From Tubiluchus corallicola (taxonomy: Eukaryota; Animalia; Priapulida): a stretch of DNA of 64,000 nt. The stretch lies in assembly GCA_030141605.1 (NCBI GenBank), contig JAQGDQ010000413.1, positions 141,283 through 205,282 on the forward strand, given 5' to 3'. Below the pieces are notes generated by a model. It saw only the letters and a list, made by a program, of their open reading frames with translations, did no database searches and had not been told where the DNA came from. Below are positions 46,062 through 60,525 of this stretch, one piece after another (the stretch's first letter is position 1; every line of letters begins with the position of its first letter). Made by a program: the position numbers and the translations under genes.

Positions 46062-47604
46062 GTATTCCTACACTTCACTTCACGTATTCCTACACTACAC
46101 TTCACTACACTACACTACACTTCACGTATTCCTACACTACACTTCACTTCACGTATTCCTACACTACACTTCACTTCACGTATTCCTACACTACACTACA
46201 CTACACTACACTTCACTTCACGTATTCCTACACTACACTTCACTACACTACACTACACTTCACGTATTCCTACACTACACTTCACTTCACGTATTCCTAC
46301 ACTTCACTTCACTACACTACACTACACTTCACGTATTCCTACACTACACTTCACTTCACGCATTCCTACACTTCACTTCACTACACTACACTTCACTTCA
46401 CGTATTCCTACACTACACATCACTACACTTCACGTATTCCTACACTTCACTTCACGTATTCCTACACTACACTTCACTTCACGTATTCCTACACTTCACT
46501 TCACGTATTCCTACACTACACTTCACTTCACGTATTCCTACACTTCACTTCACGTATTCCTACACTACACTTCACTACACTACACTACACTTCACGTATT
46601 CCTACACTACACTTCACTTCACGTATTTCTACACTTCACTTCACTACACTACACTTCACTTCACGTATTCCTACACTACACATCACTACACTTCACGTAT
46701 TCCTACACTTCACTTCACGTATTCCTACACTTCACTTCACGTATTCCTACACTACACTTCACTACACTACACTACACTTCACGTATTCCTACACTACACT
46801 TCACTTCACGTATTCCTACACTTCACTTCACTACACTACACTACACTTCACGTATTCCTACACTTCACTTCACTACACTACACTACACTTCACGTATTCC
46901 TACACTACACTTCACTTCACGTATTCCTACACTTCACTTCACTACACTACACTACACTTCACGTATTCCTACACTACACTTCACTTCACGTATTCCTACA
47001 CTTCACTTCACTACACTACACTACACTTCACGTATTCCTACACTACACTTCACTTCACGTATTCCTACACTACACTTCACGTATTCCTACACTTCACTTC
47101 ACTACACTACACTACACTTCACTTCACGTATTCCTACACTTCACTTCACGTATTCCTACACTTAACTTCACTACACTACACTACACTTCACTTCACGTAT
47201 TCCTACACTACACTTCACTACACTACACTACACTTCACGTATTCCTACACTACACTTCACTTCACGTATTCCTACACTTCACTTCACTACACTACACTAC
47301 ACTTCACTTCACGTATTCCTAAACTTCACTTCACGTATTCCTACACTTCACTTCACTACACTACACTACACTTCACGTATTCCTACACTTCACTTCACTT
47401 CACTACACTTCACTTCACGTATTCCTACACTACACTTCACGTATTCCTACACTTCACTTCACTTCACTACACTACACTACACTTCACTTCACGTATTCCT
47501 ACACTACACTACACTTCACATATTCCTACACTTCACGTATTCCTACACTTCACTTCACTACACTACACTACACTACACTTCACGTATTCCTACACTTCAC
47601 TTCA
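46062..47604. repeat. Complex tandem array: CACGTATTCCTA anchors separated by variable runs of CACTA/CACTT pentamers
   Basis: Direct parsing of the sequence. Confidence 0.95.
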
Positions 47605-47639
47605 TGTTACTTATAATTATAAGTATATCTAATTTAAAG

Positions 47640-47930
47640 TAACTTGGACTGTCATGTGCATATAGTTAGCAGTTAAAATCACTAGATATCATAAGCCGAA
47701 AAAAATAACCAGTATGTACAAATTATTGTTTGAATAACGTAGAGGATGAACTGCATGTAATTACTGAATGTCCACTGTACGTTCATGTGAGAGGGGAATG
47801 TTTTGGTATTCTCTCTGACTTCTGTTCTAGCTTCCAGCATATGCCTCCTAATGAGACGTTTGTGTTTTTAAATTTGTCACAAGAGGAAGAAGTTATAAAT
47901 ATTAATGCTAAATATCTGAATGCTCAGACC
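47640..47930 (+). mobile_element. Degraded non-LTR ORF2 C-terminal CCHC region
   Basis: RYHKP...CTNYCLNNVEDELHVITECPLYVHVR. Confidence 0.65.
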
Positions 47931-48298
47931 TGATTGAATAATTGAAATAATTTTAGAGATCTAGGTATGATATTAAAACATTTACATGTATATACGTTGT
48001 AGTATTGTATACGTTTATCTTTGCTTGAACCACTATTGTATTATTTTGTATTGTGTGGTGAAGTATTATGTTTATAGTCATAGTCATAGTCATATAGTCA
48101 TAGTCATAGACATGTATTTTCTCTAATGTGGCACAAATTTCCATTTTATGAAAAATAACTTTATCCGTGGAGATGGGGCGAGGAAAGACCATTGGTCATC
48201 TAGTCACTCACCCCTTATAATTTAATATTGATGACTGAAAAAAGAATTGGTGTTCCTTTTTCGTCACTAGTGTAAACAGTTTTTTTGCATTACTATAC

Positions 48299-48770
48299 AA
48301 TTTATTTATTTATTTATTTTACTTTATTTCAGACATTTACAGTCCATAGAACAATAAAAATAAGGCACAAATAAAAACACAGAGTTAGTTTACAGAAACA
48401 ACGTAAGCTCATATGCAGGAAAGTATTACTTAGAATGGGTAAAAAAATTCTTTGTCACGACTTAAAAACGCTCAATTTAAAAATTGTACCAGTATTGTAT
48501 AACTTATTGTATTGTATAAGTTGTTAATAACAGTATTCTGATTCAAAGACAGCCTACTTTTGAGAGTAATCGCAGCTTTCTTACGTATGCTGGAAAAACT
48601 TGGTACATTGTAGCTAACATACATTTGGCTTCCACTACAGCGACTAGGAAGATTAAAGAAACCACTAATGGCTTTATTATAACTAATACGCATTTTTTTT
48701 CAAGATTTCCTTTGTCGTGATTAAACCAGAGACTATTGCAATAAAACTGCGTACAAAATGCTACAAAAAA
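48299..48770 (-). mobile_element. Non-LTR 3' remnant (Proto2-like by motif recall) with (AATA)n tail
   Basis: RISYNKAI...FNLPSRCSGSQMYVSYNVPSF...RK; minus-strand end TATGGAC...TGTCTGAAATAAA. Confidence 0.6.
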
Positions 48771-49084
48771 TCTTCTCTAAACAGCTTCCCATTTTTCTAT
48801 TCAGTGGTTCAATAAACATCTACAAATAGGTACGTACATACACAAGCTTACGTTCTTATATCCATGACATGTAGTCTATGTGAAATTAATAATTTATAAT
48901 ATAAATATCAAAAGTTTGTTAGATAGAAATGATACAAGGGAATCTGTTATTGAAGTTTTGAAGGTGAATTTGGCTAAAAAGATAAAAACGTGAAATAATC
49001 GGATTAAGACGGATTTGAACCAGGGACGTCTAATGGGTCGATTATATATAATTGCTTATAATTACAGCATGATTTTTGATATTG

Positions 49085-49376
49085 TATAGGTTTTACACGT
49101 CAAATGTAGACACGGGAAAGCTCAAATGTGACTTAGGTAAGTCAAATGTAAAAATAGGACATTTGACTTGACACGTGTCTACATTTGACTTACCAAAAAC
49201 GCTTAAGATTTCTTGAAAACCATTGTTAACACATTTGAACTACCCAAGTCTACATTTGAGTTACCAAGACACATTTGAAGTACCTAAGTCTACATTTGAG
49301 TTACCAAGACACATTTGAATTACCTAAATCTACATTTGAGTTAACGCAGGTCTACATTTGATATGTAAAACCTATA
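49085..49376. mobile_element. MITE/foldback-type element with ~27-bp TIRs and internal ACATTTGA repeats
   Basis: TATAGGTTTTACACGTCAAATGTAGAC versus GTCTACATTTGATATGTAAAACCTATA; TA-flanked. Confidence 0.78.
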
Positions 49377-49784
49377 TAATATAGGATTAGCAGGCAAATA
49401 GGCATATAATGTTAAAAACAGAAAATCCTACTTAGAAGATGACGTCATGCATTTGAATGAAATTCACGAAGAGAAACAACAGTTTTTCAATCATTTCAAC
49501 AACTTAATAAATCAACAGAATGACTTTAATCAAACTTTGTTTTTGCTTTCGTCTGTGTGTGTGGTCATCAATGAACGATTACGTCGGCTTGTTTGATGAA
49601 GTTTTACATAAAACATACTAATTAAATCAACATCACGTTGTGTTTTAATTAGCCGTAAATTATGATTTCCTGACAGTACCATTGCCACACACACATATCA
49701 TTATAATACTAATAATCAATATGTGCAAACAGCGAAAAGTATCTATATCTTGTTGTATATAATGAGAAAATGCCTATCCAAAAT

Positions 49785-50331
49785 TGTTGTTGGCATGCTT
49801 CTGTCTCGGAAGACAATGGAGTGTGCGCTAAGAGAGTCAGTTATTGATCACATTGATGGAGCTGCAGCGTCGACTGTGGCTGAGCAGTCCGATCCTTGAA
49901 CGTCTCCAGGGTGCACGCCTGGGCAAGGTGTATGGAGATTCTGAGTTGCCCAGACCGCAGGAACCCCCTCTCTTCCTCCCTGGTGTAGTCCAAAGAAAAG
50001 CGGAGCAATACGTTTGGCACCAGGTTGGCTGCAGGAGCTGCCGGAGTCAGTGAGCATGCTGCACTGGTCCGCCTTCGGGGCTCCACTCCTAATTTGGAGG
50101 TTTACTCCTCTACACATGGCCGTTGGGTCACTTGACTTCCTCCGCCCTCTAGCCGTTGGCTGCTTGTGCACCTCCTCCGCCTAGTGTCGAGATACAGTGT
50201 AGGCATCCCTCAAGTCTAAAGCACCTGGTATTCCTAGGCGGTCACCCATCCAAGTACTAACCAGGCTCTACGTAGCTTAACTACGGTGATCAGACGAGAA
50301 CCGGTGTTTTGAGCGTGATATGACCGTAGTT
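49785..50331 (-). mobile_element. 5S rRNA-headed SINE (SINE3 type) with bipartite RTE body and tail
   Basis: Full 5S head, GC-rich RTE-like 5' UTR body, RSRIGLLSHSRRC...* peptide, terminal hairpin and (CAA)n tail. 12-bp TSD CCTATCCAAAAT at 49773-49784 and 50332-50343. Confidence 0.88.
50212..50331 (-). pseudogene. Full-length 5S rRNA-derived sequence (SINE head)
   Basis: AACTACGGTCATATCACG...GTTAAGC...GGTTAGTACTTGGATGGGTGACCGCCTAGGAATACCAGGTGCTTTAGACTT; 120 nt; no oligo-T terminator follows. Confidence 0.93.
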
Positions 50332-51554
50332 CCTATCCAAAATATATACAGATCAACATGCAATCTTTCAATTTTCATTTTAAAGTCTTTCACGTGTCTA
50401 TATGTTTTGGTGCAAAACGCATTGAAACTACATTTCCTGGACGTTTAAAATTCTGAGGATGTATTGGCGTGGTTAGTTCTACAATCTGGGTACACCTTAC
50501 ACCTTTCATTACACCAGATAATTTGTGTTTTTGATATACAGTATCACAAGATTAATAGCATAATGCCTACGATAATGTCTAAATTTTGCAAAGTTTTCTT
50601 TCTGTCTGGTTAACCAAACTGTGTAGTTAGCTGCCTGCAAATTATTGAAAAATTGAAATTTTCAATCTGGGTACAGGCTTGCATACAGCTGTTGGCTGTT
50701 TATGAAATTTCAATGCGGGGTTCGTTTTTAATTTTCTCTCAACTAGGTTATGCCTGTTAGTTATAAGATTGATCTAATGTATTAATATGCACTAATCTAA
50801 TCATTATATGCATACAAATCTATTTTAGTGAAATAAACATCTTTAATGCAATGACAAAGGAGCTTGCTCATTTTTTTTTTGTTTTGCCCTTTGTGCAGGA
50901 CTTTCTTATTAGCTCAATAGCTAAAAACGGTAGTTGCAGCTCTAAGAACTTTCGGTACTTAGACTGGCGCCGCGCCTGAATGGCAGCGAAAGTTTAACGT
51001 GAACTACAGTTGATTTAACAGGTATCGATATTAACTCCTAGTTTTACACAGTCATTTCTGATATAAATTTTAGCGGTTAGGAGTTAAAAAACGGAAATTT
51101 ATGACAATTTTCAAAAGATTAAATCAAAGCTTCCAGTTTTCTACACAGCTGACTTGTACCACATTACCTATCGCTGACATAATTTATGTTGACAACATGA
51201 TTTCGGTGGATTACAAACCGTAAAAAAATTAATGACCCGCGGACATATAAAAACGTCTGTACTTCTATGTTACCCAGAATGTTCGCTCGTTTGTTCGACA
51301 AGAGATTATCCTCGTTTGTTGGTGATCACAATGAAAATTTTAACCCTAATCGCAGGTTTGGACAAAGTGATCAAGGTAGATAGGGTTTGACGCTGATCAG
51401 ATGCGGCATCAAGGTAGTCATGGTACCTGCAGGTTTGCAAACATCGGCATGTACGTTGCTGGCTTATACAGTTCACTAAAAGCATGAAAAAACACGAATA
51501 TTGCCATCACCATCATCATCATCTACACAAGTTTTTGTTTTTTTTTTCCTGCCG

Positions 51555-51855
51555 TCACTAATATTAACCAGATATGAAATACCATCACACCGGTACGACA
51601 ACATACACACTAATTCAGAATTTATATATCCACGGCCATATTAATTAAATCATAGTTTTTTCATTTTTTGTGCATAGTTGTAAATATGTTTGATTTTATT
51701 CGTCGTTACTTTCCATTACTGCACAGTAGTTTAGATTGCACTGACGCATTTGCCTTTAGCAGTGTAAGTTTTTATTAACTAACACTGATTGATCATCTCT
51801 GTAAAGTTTTCATCAGTGATTATCGGTGTATTTTAATGGCAAATAAAGATTATTA
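51555..51855 (+). mobile_element. LINE family A 3' end (third subfamily)
   Basis: 51570-51644 encodes RYEIPSHRYDNIHTNSEFIYPRPY*. Carries the ACGCATTTGCC motif and ends ATGGCAAATAAAGATTATTA. Confidence 0.78.
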
Positions 51856-52659
51856 CATATATATATGTTATGCAGTATTACAGTATAACTATTAGTATTA
51901 CAAAAGCACGCTTTGCAGTGTAGGTGTTGCCATCTACCCAAACTCATTACTCAACAAAAGTGGAGAGTGCACCTTTAAGAAGAGTGATTCTACTATTCAT
52001 TTCCTATTTAGATCTTTTCTGAAAGTCTGTGGATTACCAACTTTCTCTACAGATTATGTATCTTTCGTTGCTAGATCCCATGTGCTTGTTGTACTAGGAT
52101 AGGTGGAACTGATTGACTGTGTACTACTAGGGTAAGAATTCAGGCCTGGTCTGCCTGGTTCTGCCAATAGGTGGAATGATAGAGCCATTCCGTATGAGCA
52201 GGAAATTCTGAGTTCGAATCCTGGTTTAGTCCACAATTTATCAATGCCTCGTTCTTCATTTATTCAGCGACCAGTCCAATTGTTGTAAACGTGATATTTA
52301 ATGTTTTCCTCAACGTGCATTTCAGATTTAGTCTGGTGGTACTAACATCTTTTGCTCTTTCATCTGCGTAAGTTCTGAATTGTCCAGCAGTAAACTTTTC
52401 AGTAACACCTGGGCCAAAAACAACTTTTCACAGGGGAGTTTTCTGTGCCTCAAATTGTATGTCTTATTCATAAAAATAATCAATTTTTTATGTTTTTGAC
52501 CTGGTTAGACACAAAATTTGTTCTTAAGACGTCATCAGCAGATGAGATGGGTATTTGATTTCTCAGTCTGCCTTGTAGTTGCAATTTTGTATTTTTGTAG
52601 TTGCTAGTTGTATTTTTCCGTATAAGCGCATTAATTAATTATATTAGTAACAATTCTGA

Positions 52660-53164
<505 letters not shown>

Positions 53165-54154
53165 CGCAATATGAAACAAATTAGTGCAAAATTGCACGAT
53201 ATTGTTATAAACGCAATATTATCATTTAATACGACGAATGTTTGTTCAATATTTATTACTGATACATAGAGTAATTCATCCTGGTTGATTAGTCTTTGAT
53301 AAAACTTAAATTGTTCACCAAAACCAAGGTTACGATCAATAATTTAGAAATGATTTATTAAATTTTGTGTGCGGACGTGCACGCATCACACGGTGCATGG
53401 CCGCCATTTTTCACACAGTATTCATGCGCGTGTGATGTAATTATGGTGTGTCAGAAATGTGGCGCCTTGGCATAAGCATGTAATTAAGTAATTATGAAGA
53501 TTTGGAAATACAGCGTATAATTATCTAGACTAAACCCACGTGTCTTTACTTTCTAGTGCATCTGAATTTACATAATCATGTAGGATTGGGAATAACTCAT
53601 AATTTTGCCACAGAGCTGCGGGCATTTTGTAAAGATTAGTCTATATGGGTTTACTCTACGTAATAAAAGGTATACCGTTCTTTGCAAAAAGTAGAGTGCT
53701 ATGAAAAATTTCCTACTAATTCGCGAAAAAAACAAAAGAATTAGCTTTTATGATATTTCCTATTTCCTCTTTGCTGTCGTTAGGTGTCAGCACATTATGC
53801 GCATTAGTGTGCCATCTGTCAAAGGATTTAAGAAACTAACTGAAGGCTAACGTGTTTTAAACAAGAACATTGTTCAACTACATACAGGGCAATGTTTATA
53901 TCCCGTCCAAAAAACGATAAATTTCGTTAACTCGAATCGCAGACAATGTTGCAACGGAAAATAGACAGATTACGTTTTGACATTTTTCTGACGCTACATA
54001 TTAATTTGTATTATATTAATAATTTTTGCTGTATGGTACTCATGTATTATAACAAATGGTCATCATATGGCCATTACGTCTATTGCAGACACTTGGTAGG
54101 CAGAACTGTAAAATAAAAGAAATCTGCCCTCAAGACAGGTAAACACAGCAGTAA

Positions 54155-54541
<387 letters not shown>

Positions 54542-55286
54542 TGTAATCCAGCAAAAAACTAGACACTACTATGCAAAATAACAAAATAAAATTCTAATAA
54601 TCTAAATTCGACATGTCTTGTGTTGCCTCACTGACAACATGAGGAACGTGGTGACGTAATCGCATCGTAATGGCACGAGCCGTGTGGCGTCATCTGTCTT
54701 CAGGCTAAGATTTTTGTATTTACTTCGTTTACTTGAATGAATGTACTTGCCTAGGTCACTCTATAACATTGCAAGAAATAAAAAAATCTTTACCATACCA
54801 CAATAGCATTCCTAACTTTCCAGGTTTTATTCATAAAAGATCTCAGTCTCCCAGCTAAATGAAATAATTTCTATTTTCTTCTGCCCATCTCGTGAAGAAG
54901 CTGAACTCGCTGAGAGTTCTTCAGCGTCTCTGTCATGAATGCCCACCCTCATTGTAATTCTATCGGCGACTGAAGGTATTAGAGCCACAAAACACTTAGA
55001 GACAGAAAGAGGCGAAGATTCCTGGCTTATATGACATGTCTCTGGTTTGACATGTGTATTGCATTGAGACAGACTGTTGGATCACTGCTGCACATGTTTT
55101 AACGAATTTTTAACACAGCGCGAGTTAGAACGGTGAAAATGAGAGAACATAATGGAAAAAAGAGATTACCGAAAATGTAAAATAAAAAAGTCTGACCTGA
55201 ACAGAAATATGCTCAGCGGTTGTCTGTTAAAAGCACCCAGTTCAGCTCTTAATTAATTTATCTAAACTGTTAGTTCCGTCACTTAA

Positions 55287-55906
55287 AGGAAGACAGGATG
55301 ACCTTTCATATACTACCCCATTTCCAAGTCCGATAACAAGTATACATTTTAACACAATTAACAATGCAAAAGTGTTTCTGATGATTAAATAATAGATTAA
55401 AAATTTAATTAACGGCGGGCGAGCCCAACTACTGATGACGTCACAAAGTAACATAATTTTCAACAGCAAAAATATTCCGTGAGCGTGTTGCACGTGTTTG
55501 TGAAAGCGAAAATTCAAGTACAGTGTTACTGTAAGATATTCAGTACGTTGTATTAAAACAAGGCAAGTTTTAAGATATAAATACAAATTTAAAATTTACC
55601 GTTGTGCTCACGCATGAGCTGTTGAACGTGTGCAGATCGTCACAAGCTAACACATCTGAACTGAGAAGTACAGCACCTATTTTTTATGCTGTGCATTTCT
55701 GAAATGCAGGCGCTAGTGCACGTCTAACTAGCGAATGGCAAAATGCATGTAACAGCGAAGAAATAGTGGCGCGAACGTGAAATTGTGTTTGTGTGGTAAC
55801 AATTCTTTCACGTAAGTCATTTTTGAAAAAAAAAGTATGTTTCCTTTCAATATTTTAAAGACTAAATTGTTTTGACCTACTGTTTAAAATGTGACCCGGT
55901 TTTGCT
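55287..55906 (-). mobile_element. Kolobok-like non-autonomous DNA transposon, full length
   Basis: TTAA at 55283-55286 and 55907-55910; reverse-complement homologue of 8928-9541. Confidence 0.78.
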
Positions 55907-56616
55907 TTAACATCACTAAAACTAAATGCGATTAGAAAAGAGATAAAAGTGATTACTGGGCAGAGATTTGTGAGCTATTATGGGTTATACGAAACCGAAA
56001 GACTGAATATTAGTGCGTTGAACAAAGACTTTACGGACTACATGTACATAAAATTGTCATTATTGAATACATCTTCATTTTTAACAATGAGATTATATTG
56101 AATTTTGCCTATTTCCAGAATTTTAAATTTGAAAAACTAAATAATTGCAGAAAACTGTTGGACATATCCCAGCAACTTCAAATTTTTATAGACAAGCTAC
56201 GTAGCATACATAGTCTGAACTATATTAACATCTCATTAGTACTATACCAGGTAAGTGTGAAACACAAAAAACATCGTTTACGGCAAATCAATTACAGCTG
56301 CCCTATTTTAGAACATGGGTAGCGACTTGTACGACTGTCAAACTTATTAATGTAAGTTGACAAGGAATTAGACGAACAATAGTTTAAAATAGATTTCTAT
56401 ATAGTCCGTGTCAAATATAACATCAACTGAAATCAGTTTTACCTACTGCATGGTGATTTAAGTGCAAGCGACTCGTCTGTCTGTGGTAGGGTTACCCAGG
56501 GATCTCTACAATATATATATATAAATTCTTTATTTGTCATTAAAATGGTTCACTCATTATAATAAAATTGAGTAAGCCTCAGCGTAATGTTAAAATAACA
56601 ACACTATAACTAAAGA

Positions 56617-57060
56617 TTATAGTTATAGTTATAGTTATAGTCATAGTCATAGTCATAGTCATAGTCATAGTCATAGTCATAGTCATAGTCATAGTCATAG
56701 TCATAGTCATAGTCATAGTCATAGTCATAGTCATTGTCATTGTCATTGTCATTGTCATAGTCATAGTCATAGTCATAGTCATAGTCATAGTCATAGTCAT
56801 TGTCATTGTCATTGTCATTGTCATTGTCATTGTCATTGTCATTGTCATTGTCATTGTCATTGTCATAGTCATAGTCATAGTCATAGTCATAGTCATAGTC
56901 ATAGTCATAGTCATAGTCATAGTCATAGTCATAGTCATTGTCATTGTCATTGTCATAGTCATAGTCATAGTCATAGTCATAGTCATAGTCATAGTTATAG
57001 TTATAGTTATAGTTATAGTTATAGTTATAGTTATAGTTATAGTTATAGTTATAGTTATAG
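56617..57060. repeat. Hexamer microsatellite ATAGT(T/C)/ATTGTC in blocks
   Basis: Direct. Confidence 0.97.
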
Positions 57061-60000
57061 AGGTCCTTGGGTTACCGTAATATATAAACTTTTTAAGCCA
57101 ATTTGTATAAAGTATTAAAGTTTTAGTGAAAGTAGTTTATTATTTATGTGAAGCTTATTTGTTTGTTTGTTTTACGTTTTTATCTACTGGCTATTTTCAC
57201 ATTCATTCATGCATTCATTTAGTCTTTCATTTGCTCATTCACTCACTCGCTCGTTTATTCACTAATTAATTAATTATTTAGTTAGTTAAGAATTAAGAAT
57301 TAATTAATTAATTAATTAATTCTTTCATTCGTTTATTTATTCATTTGTTCGTTCATTCATTTGTTCGTCTATTCATTCATCCCTTCATTCATTCATCCGT
57401 TCAGTCATTCACTCATTTGTTCATTTCTTTGTTCATTTCTTTGTTCATTCATTCGTTCTTTCATTGATTGATTGATTAATTGATTGATTGATTTAATCAT
57501 TAATTAATTCTTTCATTCATTCATTCGTTAATTTGCCATTTGTTCGTTCATTCATTCGTTCGTCCATACATTCATCCGTTCATTCATTCACTCATTCGTT
57601 CATTTCTTCGTTCATTCTATCGTTCTTTCATTGATTGATTGATTGATTGATTGATTTAATCATTAATTAATTCATTCATTCATTCAATTACTCATTCATT
57701 CTCTTCCTTATTCGTTCGTTTCTGACCAAGGCTTAGGTCAACTCATAAGGCTAGAAAGAGGAGAAGGAAGATTACTCCCAGGGAAGGTTTTACCCTTTCA
57801 CAATGGCAGCTCTTGCTATAGAGCAGGTGTAACAAGATTAGATGTGACTTGAGTCAGAGCGGCTGATGGCGACTTGTCAGAGTTTGTCAGGTATATGAGA
57901 TAGACGAATGAAGAAGTAAACGCACCTGTATCAGGTATTACGCGCAGCAGACCTGATTGCTGTCCATGGTAATCATCATTACCTCCATTATGATGGCAAA
58001 GTCGCTATAAATTTTGATGTGCAAGGGGCAGATCCAGGCAAAACCACTCGATACCAGAAATTTCAGTTCGTATTAAAACTTACTAAAATGTGATTGTTGT
58101 AGCGCGCGTATCATTTATACTCTCATCATAGTTTGTCAGTGTAAACATTGTTAAGGCTTCCTTTATATCAATATGGGGAATCTTTAGCTCTCTCTACACG
58201 ACACGCCTTCAAAAGCGGCGATCTTGATTGTTGCTATTAGACATAATGACAGTTTATTAGCTGGAATCTGTTGATGCAGTAAAACTCACGTGGAGAAGAG
58301 GCAGATTGCTTGGACCTTGCATGTGGAAAGCACATGTATATACATAATTCAAAAGCTACTATTTCAAAAAACTTTTACGCAAAATAAATTAAAACAATTG
58401 TAATATTTTCTAACTGCACAACTTAATGTGGTATACCAGAAACAGAAACACATCAGTATCTCAATGCTGCAGCAAAAGTTTATAATCAGATTAAAATATT
58501 ATTTCCATCTAATGTGAAACCATTTTTTCGCCTGTTGAAATACATACACTATACAGTACTCGGTGAAACCATTTATGGACAACAACCGTATCATACATAA
58601 CATGCTCAAGTGTACACGTATTTTGAGAAGTGATCCGTTTGGAAATCCTCTTTTTCTACTTGTAGAAGTCGTAATGGATGTTTTAGCGTTGTCAGAAAAC
58701 TGCTCTTAGAACAGGTAAAATACCTTCAAAAATTGACTGCAAAGCAAAAATGAAAGCATGTTAGTAGAATTTTAAATGATAACGTTGTTGTGTTATTGTA
58801 ATGGGTGTTCAATGTATATTAACGCACTTTAAAGGTGGACTATAATATTAATTGGCAATAGACAGATGCTGCAAGTTGCTGCTTTAGTTTAAGCGTAAAA
58901 TAAAAAGTTAAATATTGATTTATTATACCAATAAGCTTTACATAAACATACAAATCTACACTCATTAGACTGCATAATACATGTGGTGCGTTACATCAGT
59001 TGTTAATCTTGCTATGAAAAGTTGTTAGTTGTTTTATTGTTTTCTGAAATAAAGAACACGTGATTTCTAAAAATTTATTGAGGTCGTCAGGTGTCAGAGC
59101 CATTGTTAACATTTTGCAGGAAAATATGGCCGAAGCCTAATGTAGTTATCCTTGTTAACACAGTCATGCTCTGTTGCACAAAACCCATTACAGTCAGCAC
59201 TTGCTGCGCCGGCAATAACTATAGCCCCTGATTCGATTCTAGCGTGATTTGAATCAGGCTGTTGTTTTAAAAGAAGTCATGTAACGTGGCGGAAACGCGT
59301 TTGATTAATACCTGTGTTCCTGAGCTCAGTACATTAAATCAATTAGTCAATTCGTGTAAGAGAAGGTAGTTAGGAGCGGGTTTAAGGTGATCGGCGTAGT
59401 GTTTAATGTTCAGTACGATGTCCGTGTGAAGAAAATTAATTATAGTTTGATTTTAGAGTAAGCCTATATCGGAAGAACGGCTCGTAGGTAAAGCTAGAAA
59501 TCACGTTGACGTCACGGAATTGTACTTTTTCATGTGAAATTTTGATTATCAAGTGCATATGATGAAATGTCTTTAATGTTAAACGTTTATAGAAAGCAAA
59601 ATGATTAATTACTGAATAGATATGAAATACGATTTCGAAAAATTTACTCTAAGTAAAGCGTGAGGTTTGCAAAAGGCCTGCACTTTATGTAATAATTATG
59701 CAAAGTATTCTCCACGCGGGTTCGCTAATATTGTAGTAAGCACAATAGGTTTTTGCGAAAATGCGTAATTATAATTTGTTTGTAAACAAAGACTTCGCAT
59801 TCGTCGAACAGTTTGAGTTTGATAGCATTTTTCCGTGGTACAACAGGGATGGGGTGTTCTCATTCCCCTCCCCCTCCATACACCCTTTTCGCGTTAGGCC
59901 AGGATGTCATCCTCCTTTCCAAGAGTGCCTGATCATACATTCTTTACTTTAACTATTTTATAGTAGGTATTTGTAGATTGATAATAGAAATTGTCAATTT

Positions 60001-60525
60001 CCATTTGCAAAAAAGGCTATTTTTGGTAATTTTTTGTAATGTTCCGTTATGTGTAATACATGTGTAGCTGATTGAGGCTCTCCCAGTAGTGTGCTAAATG
60101 TAACAGTCTTTTTAAATTGACAGTTTAGTTTTGTTGTACAATGCTGAAGCTCAATAACTGAGTTGAGCTTTTTGGTCCTAGTGGACATTTGGTCCTAGTG
60201 GAAATTGTCAATTGAAATTGTTTCACAACTCTTACAGAAGTACATGGAAATTTTAATAATTTAAAATTACATTCAACAGTGTGAAGTTCTGTAGATTATG
60301 TAGGGCTTAACATTTTAAGAAAGTTTGCAAATGTGGTGTATCAATTCCACCTCAACATTACAAAATTTAAATTTGTCTGATGGGGGTTTCCTCCTGGTTA
60401 CGAGCTTCCACCATAGCATTCCGCAAGTTGTTTCTGTTGCGTTTTAATGAAAATATTAGTTCTCCAAAGTGCTACAATTTCTTCTATTAAGAGCATTACA
60501 CCCAAAGCTTATCGATGATTATTGC

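Noticed and set aside
45950-47632. 560-aa H/T/Y-rich ORF
   Set aside because: Open only because the repeat strand almost lacks stop-forming triplets; unit lengths are not multiples of 3, so the peptide phase drifts.
50212-50331. Functional 5S rRNA gene
   Set aside because: No oligo-T terminator, altered terminal stem, not in a tandem cluster, and enclosed with an RTE-like body inside a TSD.
52170-52235. tRNA gene (A/B-box-like GTGGAATGATAGAGC...GAGTTCGAATCC); likewise the heads at 5834, 43655 and 63198
   Set aside because: No complete cloverleaf or acceptor stem; better explained as SINE heads or decayed pseudogenes.
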